A DNA stretch of 32,199 bases, taken from the IMG/VR virus record IMGVR_UViG_3300037506_000159. One strand, 5' to 3'. Position numbers and translations under genes: made by a program. Source of the stretch: a virus. Below are positions 25,307 through 32,199 of the stretch, piece by piece. Each line of letters begins with the position of its first letter. Position 1 is the stretch's first letter. The notes under the pieces were generated by a model. It searched no databases, was not told the DNA's origin, and worked only from the letters and a program-made list of their open reading frames with translations.

Positions 25307-26141
25307 TCCCGGCCCCGGTCTGGATTTGTTAATCAGAGTCCCTGATCCATGGGATACTCTGGGAGCCTTGATTGGGGAAATCCAGCAAGGTGTTATGAAC
25401 GGAGAAAAAGCATGGCAGTCCGTACGCGCATGGGATGCGCTTCTAAACGGTGCCCCATTAATGGACAAAGGGATTCCCCAAAAATACGGCCAGGTTGCGG
25501 CTTCTTCAGTCGGCCGTTTTGTGCGTATTTTAAGGCGTGTGGTAAAGAACAGACAGTCCGGGTTATTTGTTGAACAGCGAAATCCCAAGCGGGCCGCAAA
25601 TCTCGGCGAAGAAATCAGAAAGATTCAGGGCGGCCAGACCATGGTTGTTGACATAGCGAAACTCCAAGACGAAGAGCGTTCCTTGGTCTTCGGGCACATT
25701 ATCAAGGAAGTGTATGGGATGTATGCCGAAGCATCCATTGATGAACGCGGGGAATTACCCAAGAAGGTGTTGATTTTCGTCGATGAGCTGAACAAATACG
25801 CCCCGGCCCGCAAAGGCGAAGGCGAATCATCCATACTGGATTATGTGTTGGATATAGCGGCCAGAGGAAGATCATTGGGCGTTGTCTTAATTTCGGCGGA
25901 ACAGTTCATGAGCGAAGTTCATGGTCAGGTGGTCGGCAACTGTTCCACAAAAGTTATCGGTCGCAGCGATTCCTCCGAGTTGGCGGACCCAACATACCGA
26001 TTTATCTCTCAGGATGTTAAGGCAAATTTGACAAGGTTGAATAAGGGTGAGTTGCTGTTAACACATCCTATTTATCGACAGCCGGTCCGTATTGAGTTTC
26101 CGAAACCGGTTTATCAGGCAATTGGTCATAATAAGAAATGA
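25289..26141 (+). pseudogene. 5'-truncated HerA/FtsK-type (DUF87-like) ATPase fragment
   Basis: Walker B VLIFVDELNKYAP and the downstream ARGRSLGVVLISAEQFMSEV...VGNCSTKVIGR are present. No GxxxxGK[ST] occurs anywhere in the ORF. The 25167-25288 part of the track ORF merely overlaps the zinc-ribbon gene. Confidence 0.5.
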
Positions 26142-27373
26142 ACAAATCGTTTTGCATTGAAGATCGATCCGATTGGGAATGGTGGGTGACCCCCCGCTAT
26201 TTACGTGAGAAGCCGGTTCATCGCTGGTGTATTTTCCCGCACAGCTTTACCAGTGAGCTTGTTCATGGCCTTATCGATGAATGGAAATTGAGGGCATCGG
26301 ACTGTATCTTGGATCCCTTCTGCGGAGCAGGGACAACACTCTTGGCCGCTAAAGAAAAGGGAATTCCAGCTATCGGCTACGATCTTTCGCCATTTGCTGT
26401 TTTCGTTTCCCGCGTGAAGATAGGTAACTATAATCCAGATAAGTTGTCAAGAGATTGGGTGAAGTTGAAAAGCAGAATTGATCCTGCCAAATGGAACGGG
26501 GCCTCGCGTCCGTATCCAGAGCTTGTTAGAAAGGCGTTACCCGGGCATTTATTGGGTGCATTTGACAGCGTTAGTAATCAAATCGAAGAAATGGATTTCA
26601 ATGAGACCCATCAACGATTCTTTAAAGTGGCCCTACTCTCAACTCTGCCTAAATTCAGCCGGGCAATAGCAACGGGTGGATGGCTGAAATGGGTTGACCA
26701 GAAAGCAAACACCAGATCTTTACCTGGAGAGTATGAGAAACAAGTACAGTCTATGATTGACGATTTGTCACGAAATGGTTCGGCTGAAAGCAGGGCTGGC
26801 GGGAAAGCTGAAATCAGCGATGCACGCAAATTGCCGGATTCATCGAATACTTTTTCGGCGGTCATCACCTCACCGCCCTACCCCAATAGGCATGATTATA
26901 CCCGGGTCTTTGGAATTGAGCTTATGTTCGGTTTTCTGGACTGGGAGCAAACACGTAATTTAAGATATCAGAGTTTTGAATCGCATCCGGAATCACGTCC
27001 TGAGAGGCCGGATTACAGCGATTATTCTGAGCCAAAAAATTTGAGCAAAACGCTGAAACGTTTAGAGAAATCATCCGTTGATCGTCGTATGCCTGGAATG
27101 TTGAATGGTTATTTTATTGATATCCATTTATCATTGCGGGAAGCAAGGCGGGTTTGCAGGAAAGGCGCAAAGATTGCTTTTGTGGTAGGGAATGCACAAT
27201 ACGGGGGGATCCCTGTTATCGTTGATGAATTGATCGCGGAAATCGGGACAAATTTGGGACTGAAATGTGAAAAAATTCTGGCCATCCGATATCGTGGCAA
27301 TAGTGCTCAACAGATGTTAGAATTTGGCCGTAAGCCGTCACGAGAAAGTATTGTAATTCTGCAAAAGAAATAA
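26138..27373 (+). CDS. DNA methyltransferase (N6-adenine or N4-cytosine, SPPY type)
   Basis: 411 aa. AdoMet motif I ILDPFCGAGTT at residues 57-67 and catalytic motif IV SPPY at residues 245-248 (VITSPPYPNRHDY). The start overlaps the ATPase stop in ATGA. Confidence 0.75.
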   Translation: MNKSFCIEDRSDWEWWVTPRYLREKPVHRWCIFPHSFTSELVHGLIDEWKLRASDCILDPFCGAGTTLLAAKEKGIPAIGYDLSPFAVFVSRVKIGNYNPDKLSRDWVKLKSRIDPAKWNGASRPYPELVRKALPGHLLGAFDSVSNQIEEMDFNETHQRFFKVALLSTLPKFSRAIATGGWLKWVDQKANTRSLPGEYEKQVQSMIDDLSRNGSAESRAGGKAEISDARKLPDSSNTFSAVITSPPYPNRHDYTRVFGIELMFGFLDWEQTRNLRYQSFESHPESRPERPDYSDYSEPKNLSKTLKRLEKSSVDRRMPGMLNGYFIDIHLSLREARRVCRKGAKIAFVVGNAQYGGIPVIVDELIAEIGTNLGLKCEKILAIRYRGNSAQQMLEFGRKPSRESIVILQKK

Positions 27374-27421
27374 GATGATCAAAAAATTTTCGAATCAATC
27401 ACCAGATGTGGTAAGGTGCTC

Positions 27422-27901
27422 ATGAAACCCCTCGCTGGCTCAACTCTTACAATTTTCTTTCTTTTTGGTACAGCAATTTTCCCTTTCACAGTTTTGTCTA
27501 AAGATAGTACCATTGACTTGGTCGATCAACTTTCAGCTTTAGAAGAAAATCAAATTGATATCGGTCGTGTTTGCTTTTTGTTTGCCAAAGAAGCCTATCC
27601 CGATCTTGATGTCGATGAATATTCGAAGAAGCTCGACCAAATGGTCTATGAGATTCGACGATATACAAGGGATACCGGCGACCCCAACGATCCTGACCAC
27701 CGAATCCGTTGTTTAAATAGCTATCTTTATCGGTATAAAAAATTTCACTTTGACAATGATGATCCTTACGCCAGTAAACTTAAGAATAGATACATTAACG
27801 GTCTGATAGACACCAAGAGCGGAAGCTGCTTCACGATGCCGTTGCTTTATCTCGCTTTGGCACAAAGACTAGGAACAAGAGACTTAGGGAATTGTCTATA
27901 A
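27422..27901 (+). pseudogene. 3'-truncated SirB1 / transglutaminase-like (Transglut_core2) family gene with signal peptide
   Basis: AKEAYPDLDVDEYSKKLDQMVYEIRRYT...RIRCLNSYLYRYKKFHF...YINGLIDTKSGSCFTMPLLYLALAQRLG follows the SirB1 N-terminal domain pattern. The ORF then ends 8 codons later, at the composition boundary. Confidence 0.5.
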
Positions 27902-28113
27902 AGAAGCTAAAAAGCAAAAAAGATCTTTTAGAAATATGCTTAATAAAAATAAAGAATAAAGATTTCCAAGACGTAAAGCACTTTTTATTCCATGAGAAAG
28001 GATTGGAAACATTATTGCATCTTTATGATCTTGATAATATTAATATTGATTATATAAGAAGAACTTCTAATGGAAGGATTCTTAATGAATATATTGAACA
28101 TCCAGATTATTAA
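27892..28113 (+). CDS. probable C-terminal remnant of the split zinc-ribbon gene (TTG-initiated in the ORF track)
   Basis: There is no ATG and no SD. The frame is open upstream to 27799 and is in phase with the zinc-ribbon ORF across the AAAGACT repeat. Confidence 0.35.
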   Translation: MSIKKLKSKKDLLEICLIKIKNKDFQDVKHFLFHEKGLETLLHLYDLDNINIDYIRRTSNGRILNEYIEHPDY

Positions 28114-28143
28114 GATTATAAGAACATTAATAATAAAAATTAT

Positions 28144-28377
28144 ATGACAGAGATAGAATTAATTAGAGATATATCCGAGAGAGCAATGTTAAAACAATAC
28201 TTTGATAGAATGAAAGGCGTGTGCAGTAAAGAAATAGCGCTGAGATATTTAAATATATCTAAGAAGGTTAATTCCAGCATGAATTCCTTAAAAGATAAAG
28301 ATACAAAAGATTTCTTTACTAAAGTTTTCTTGGTGTTGGAAAAGTTTCATGGTAAGATAATAAAGTATAATATATAA
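28144..28377 (+). CDS. hypothetical protein
   Basis: 77-aa ORF in a very AT-rich region. No motif recognised. Confidence 0.4.
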   Translation: MTEIELIRDISERAMLKQYFDRMKGVCSKEIALRYLNISKKVNSSMNSLKDKDTKDFFTKVFLVLEKFHGKIIKYNI

Positions 28378-28393
28378 TAAATAAGGAGATTAT

Positions 28394-28504
28394 ATGGATC
28401 AGAAGAAGAAAAGAAAGAAGAAAAGTAGAAGACTTGTAATAAAGGAAATTAAAGAGTCTCATTTAAAGGGCGGATGGGGAGATTATCCGGATAGTATTTT
28501 ATAA
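28394..28504 (+). CDS. small, highly basic hypothetical protein (36 aa)
   Basis: ATG 28394 lies 6 nt after AAGGAG. Translation is MDQKKKRKKKSRRLVIKEIKESHLKGGWGDYPDSIL. Confidence 0.3.
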   Translation: MDQKKKRKKKSRRLVIKEIKESHLKGGWGDYPDSIL

Positions 28505-28534
28505 TTTGGTATGTTTTATTTGAAAGGAGCAAAG

Positions 28535-28945
28535 ATGGTTAGAAAAATATTTTTATCAATTCTTATTGCATTTGGTATTAGTAGTTTAGCATTTGCAGAT
28601 GATATCTTCGACATTTCGGAGTTTGTGGAAGCGCTACCGAATGTAAAAGAAGGTGTTGCTTTTTCATTAGATTCTAACGAATTCAAATCTTTAACTACAA
28701 CAGAGTTGTTTAGCTGGAACGGGGTATCTTTTGAGGCAGGGTATGCTACCCCGGATGTTGCTGCGCTTGTCTTTTCTTATAAGATTATAGAGCTTGGTAA
28801 ATATATAGACGTTCCTATTATTGACCTTATTGAATTCAATATTGGATATTATGTTGGAGCTTCTACTATTGATATTGAACAAGATAGTATTGATTGGGAA
28901 TTCGATCATGGGCCGTCCCTTACTCTCATTGATATAAAGTTTTAA
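28535..28945 (+). CDS. secreted small beta-barrel outer-membrane-protein-like protein
   Basis: ATG 28535 lies 6 nt after AGGAG. Signal peptide MVRKIFLSILIAFGISSLAFA/DD. The body has alternating hydrophobic beta-strand patterns, and the C-terminal LTLIDIKF ends in Phe like an OMP beta-signal. Confidence 0.4.
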   Translation: MVRKIFLSILIAFGISSLAFADDIFDISEFVEALPNVKEGVAFSLDSNEFKSLTTTELFSWNGVSFEAGYATPDVAALVFSYKIIELGKYIDVPIIDLIEFNIGYYVGASTIDIEQDSIDWEFDHGPSLTLIDIKF

Positions 28946-28959
28946 GACATATTAAATGA

Positions 28960-29664
28960 ATGAGCAATAGCAAGATCTTATCAATATGCCCGACAAGAGG
29001 GAGGATTCCGCGGTTGAAGAAAATGATTGATTCTTTCTTGATTACAAGCTCGGGCGACGCAGATATGATTCTTGGTATTGATTATGATGATTATGAGAAT
29101 AATTATTCAGAGTATCAGAAAATATTATCTATATCTTCAAGAATAAATCACTATATCTCCAAAGGGCGTAAAGGCATAACTTGTATCTACAATGATATAT
29201 TTTCCGAGTCCCCATCTTATTTTGCGTATAATCTGATTAATGATGATTTTATATTTATGACAGATAGTTGGGATTCGAGAGTTCTTAGGGCGTTTAACAA
29301 TGAAATCGATATTGTTTACTGCAATGATCTTATGAATGGTGAGAATTTATGCGTATCGCCATTTATAACTAATAGGTTGGCAAAAGCTGTTGGTTGGTTG
29401 CAATATCCAGGGGTCTATCATTTGTTCGGTGATGTTATTTGGCGAGACATCGGGCAGGCCTTGAGAAACATGAAATATCTGAATAATATTTATATTGAGC
29501 ATCAACATTTCTTGAAGATGAAGCCTTTGTTTGATGATACGTATGCTTGGACAAATTCTTTAGATATGTACAAGATCGATCAAGAAGCTTATTCTCAATG
29601 GCGTAATTTGTACAAAGATCAAGTTATTAATAGGATAAGAGAGAAGGTATATTGTGTCAGGTAA
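28960..29664 (+). CDS. GT-A-like glycosyltransferase (divergent)
   Basis: The N-terminal LSICPTRGRIPRLKKMIDSFLITS parallels the GT2 start (vsviiPTyNR...l...i.S.l.q.). An acidic NDDFIFMTDSWD motif is present. Confidence 0.4.
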   Translation: MSNSKILSICPTRGRIPRLKKMIDSFLITSSGDADMILGIDYDDYENNYSEYQKILSISSRINHYISKGRKGITCIYNDIFSESPSYFAYNLINDDFIFMTDSWDSRVLRAFNNEIDIVYCNDLMNGENLCVSPFITNRLAKAVGWLQYPGVYHLFGDVIWRDIGQALRNMKYLNNIYIEHQHFLKMKPLFDDTYAWTNSLDMYKIDQEAYSQWRNLYKDQVINRIREKVYCVR

Positions 29665-30505
29665 TGTTGATGTCAGCCTGTTTGCTTCAAGCATTAGACC
29701 TGTTCTGTATTCATCTTTTCTAAAGAATTTATTTAATGAAAGAATTTGTATTGAAGTTGTTTTCTGTGGATATATTCCGATAGAGGAGATTTGCCATTTT
29801 TTGTATGTTTCTCCAGAGATTTCTTGTGATATAGATAATGATATAAACAATGCTAAGTTTCAGCTTTGTAATGGAAAAATAAAATTAATTTATATAGAGA
29901 CAAAAAAAGAGATAAAGCCTGCACAATGTTATGAGATTGCACGTAGGGCATGTTCTGGCAGGTATGTTATATGGACAGCGGATGACTGTGAATTTAATGG
30001 ATGCATACTAACAAAAGCCGTTTCTTTTTATCAAGGGGTTAGCGATAAGGTTGTTTTATCTCTTCAGACAAAAGAATCCGGTTATGGATCAAGGCATTTG
30101 GCTTATCAAGATATGAGAGGGCATAGGTTGTTCCCGACAGATTTAAGTAGTCCGATTATGGCGCCTATTGGTATGATAAACAGGGATTATCTGAATATTT
30201 TGGGTGGATTAGATAGAAGATATACATGTGGGCAATATGAGAATGATATTGTTATGCGCGTTTTGTCAGACGGTGGCAGAGTAGAGATATTTGGTGATCA
30301 TGATTCTAATGTTGAAATAGATCATCTTGGGAAATCTTTTTTTTGCAAAGAGAGTTCTAATGAGCGAGGTTTTCTTAATAGAAGTTTTGCCCTTGGGTAT
30401 CAGGAAGACAGAAGGGTTTTAGAGGGTTCGTGGAAGAAGTATAATAAAAGATCGGATGATTTTATTGGATATCCTGAGAAAGGGCTATTAACTCATTCGT
30501 ACTGA
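29654..30505 (+). CDS. GT-A-like glycosyltransferase (divergent)
   Basis: GTG start overlapping the upstream gene by 11 nt. VDVSLFASSIRPVLYSSFLKNL is followed by YVIWTADDCEF (DxD-like). Confidence 0.35.
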   Translation: MSGNVDVSLFASSIRPVLYSSFLKNLFNERICIEVVFCGYIPIEEICHFLYVSPEISCDIDNDINNAKFQLCNGKIKLIYIETKKEIKPAQCYEIARRACSGRYVIWTADDCEFNGCILTKAVSFYQGVSDKVVLSLQTKESGYGSRHLAYQDMRGHRLFPTDLSSPIMAPIGMINRDYLNILGGLDRRYTCGQYENDIVMRVLSDGGRVEIFGDHDSNVEIDHLGKSFFCKESSNERGFLNRSFALGYQEDRRVLEGSWKKYNKRSDDFIGYPEKGLLTHSY

Positions 30506-30540
30506 ATTAATATTATTTGTTTAGTTTAACCTATTAATTA

Positions 30541-30558
30541 ATATATATATATATATAT
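30541..30558. repeat. (AT)9 dinucleotide microsatellite immediately upstream of terS
   Basis: ATATATATATATATATAT read directly, ending 1 nt before ATG 30560. Confidence 0.9.
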
Positions 30559-30559
30559 C

Positions 30560-30991
30560 ATGGAAGCCATGTCGTTGGGGAAGAATCGTGTTGGTCGGCC
30601 GGCAAGATTCACTAGGGAATATGCTGTTGAGATTGCTAAAAAGCTAGAGAAATGGATTGAGTCGCCGGAGAATTTTTGGTTGGGAAGTTTTGCCGTAGAG
30701 AATAAGATGCACCGGCAACAATTGTCCAAGTTTGTTAATGACTTTCCAGATGAGTTAAAAGACGCGTATTTATTAGCAAAACAGCATCAAGAGAATAAGC
30801 TTTTTATTGGTGCGGTTACAAACAAGATGAACTCATATATGTGCTATGCGGCGTTGAAGAATGTTGCTGGATGGCGTGATTCTGAATATATTGTTGATGA
30901 AGAACTTCCTGAGAAAAGCATTGATATTGGTTTCCCCAGTGGTTCGTCTATAGATATTAAGAAGATTAAAGACCTTATCGTTAATGAATAG
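30560..30991 (+). CDS. terS: terminase small subunit
   Basis: 143 aa. The N-terminal GKNRVGRPARFTREYAVEIAKKL is a terS-type HTH. The gene lies immediately upstream of terL and overlaps it. Confidence 0.65.
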   Translation: MEAMSLGKNRVGRPARFTREYAVEIAKKLEKWIESPENFWLGSFAVENKMHRQQLSKFVNDFPDELKDAYLLAKQHQENKLFIGAVTNKMNSYMCYAALKNVAGWRDSEYIVDEELPEKSIDIGFPSGSSIDIKKIKDLIVNE

Positions 30992-32199
30992 TTCATTAAT
31001 AATAAAAGGATATGCTCCGCATGTCGGGCAGGTTGCTTTTCATTATGCGATGGAGGTATATAATTATGTTCTTCTTTTGGCTGGGATTCGTGGAGGAAAG
31101 ACTTATTGTGGAGCAAGGCAAGCTTTAAAAGATGCTTGGAACTCTTCAGCTAAAGGCGCGTATTTGATTGTTGCGCCAACATATAACATGTTGGACAAGA
31201 CAACTTGGCCGGAGTTTATTGAAGCTTCTCGGGATTATATATTCAAAGAAAATAAGGTTGATAAGATTATCAAGCTAAAAAATGGTAATATTGTTTATGG
31301 ATATTCCGCCGAGAATCCAGATCGGATTAGAAATACAACAGCAACGGGATTTTGGGGGGACGAGGCTAGAGAATGGAAAGATTTTAAAGGAATGTGGAGA
31401 ATATTATTAGGACGTGCTCTTTCTACTGGAGGGAAGGGATTTATTACAACAACTCCCAATGGGCTTGGCGGGATATATGATGTCTTTTTCAAGGAAAAAA
31501 GACAAGATTTTGGTGTTGTTCGGTTTGATACTTATAAGAATGAGTATATCCTTAAGGAGAGAATAGACGATTTATATAATTATTATGATGAACAGTTTGC
31601 CAGACAAGAGATAGGGGCCGAATTTATAAGCTTTAAGGGAGGCGTTTATCATGCGTTCTGCAAAAAGAATGTTGTTGATCATATTTATGAAGATATTTCT
31701 CGTCCTTTAATTCTTTGTTGTGATTTTAACGTTAACCCTATGGCGTGGGTTATTTGCCAGAGGGAAAAGGGACAAGACGGAAGAGATGTTATTCATGTAA
31801 TTGATGAGATTTTTTTGAATAATTCAAATACTTATGAAGCGTGCGTTGAGGTTAAATCAAGGTATCAGACTGTTGGGAGGACGGTATATCTTTATGGTGA
31901 TGCTACTGGTAGGGCTAGGCACGCGGCATCAAATTTGTCTAATTGGGCTATTGTAAAGCAGGAACTGTCTGGAAGTTATTTAGTTGATAGGGTGCCAATC
32001 AATAACCCAAGTGAAATTGATCGGGTTAATTGTTTGAATACTATGTTGTGTAACAGTGCTGGTGTCAGAAGGATTTTTGTATCATCAAAATGCAAAAATC
32101 TTATAAATGATTTAGAAAGAGTTCAGTACAGGCATGGGACGTGTTATATTGATAAAAGTTTTGATAAAATGTTGACTCATTTGACAGATGCTTTAGGAT
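30984..32199 (+). CDS. terL: terminase large subunit, N-terminal 405 codons (the ORF runs off the window end and continues at 128..186)
   Basis: The frame is open from ATG 30984 to the window end. Walker A AGIRGGKT and Walker B FWGDEA are present, with nuclease motifs CCDFNVNP and LYGDATG. Total length with the wrap-around is 424 aa. Confidence 0.9.
   Translation, partial: MNSSLIIKGYAPHVGQVAFHYAMEVYNYVLLLAGIRGGKTYCGARQALKDAWNSSAKGAYLIVAPTYNMLDKTTWPEFIEASRDYIFKENKVDKIIKLKNGNIVYGYSAENPDRIRNTTATGFWGDEAREWKDFKGMWRILLGRALSTGGKGFITTTPNGLGGIYDVFFKEKRQDFGVVRFDTYKNEYILKERIDDLYNYYDEQFARQEIGAEFISFKGGVYHAFCKKNVVDHIYEDISRPLILCCDFNVNPMAWVICQREKGQDGRDVIHVIDEIFLNNSNTYEACVEVKSRYQTVGRTVYLYGDATGRARHAASNLSNWAIVKQELSGSYLVDRVPINNPSEIDRVNCLNTMLCNSAGVRRIFVSSKCKNLINDLERVQYRHGTCYIDKSFDKMLTHLTDALG
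32073..32199. repeat. terminal overlap, identical to 1..127
   Basis: Direct comparison, see feature 1..127. Confidence 0.95.

Larger units (their letters stand above)
25289..27870. other. 2.6-kb foreign (probably host-chromosome-derived) segment bounded by AAAGACT copies
   Basis: There is a sharp step from AT-rich to GC-rich sequence after 25288 and back after 27870. The genes at both edges are truncated. AAAGACT occurs at 25282-25288 and at 27864-27870. Confidence 0.6.

Noticed and set aside
25282-27870. The AAAGACT copies read as a target-site duplication of a transposable element.
   Set aside because: The segment carries no transposase or integrase, and I see no terminal inverted repeats at its ends. 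Both edge genes are truncated, which fits illegitimate recombination rather than transposition. A 7-nt match could also be partly coincidental.

Overview
The window is a complete, circularly closed tailed dsDNA phage genome. The first 127 bp are identical to the last 127 bp, giving a unique length of 32,072 bp. The tail gene set is non-contractile: tube, a -1 frameshifted chaperone pair, a 469-aa tape measure, Dit and Tal, with no sheath. Every credible gene is on the + strand.

Gene order:
- terS and terL (terL spans the window junction), portal, DUF4355-like scaffold, major capsid.
- A Ser/Thr-rich fibre-like protein, a LamG protein and a third protein, all with Sec-type signal peptides.
- A membrane-protein, holin-like and overlapping-spanin cassette with no recognisable endolysin.
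- A GT2 glycosyltransferase, then Mu G-like and Mu F-like head proteins, then the tail module.
- A sigma70-like promoter and XRE regulator, SNF2 helicase, VRR-NUC nuclease, a Gam/Gp157-like protein and a Prim-Pol + SF3 primase-helicase.
- A 0.7-kb non-coding iteron/palindrome region (probable origin) and an excisionase-type HTH gene.
- A zinc-ribbon gene that appears to be split by a 2.6-kb foreign segment. The segment carries a 5'-truncated HerA-like ATPase, an intact SPPY DNA methyltransferase and a 3'-truncated SirB1/transglutaminase-like gene.
- Small ORFs, an OMP-like beta-barrel protein and two GT-A-like genes.

No integrase, tRNA, CRISPR array or DNA polymerase was seen. All functional calls rest on motifs read by eye from the translations and on synteny. 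Nothing was searched against a database.
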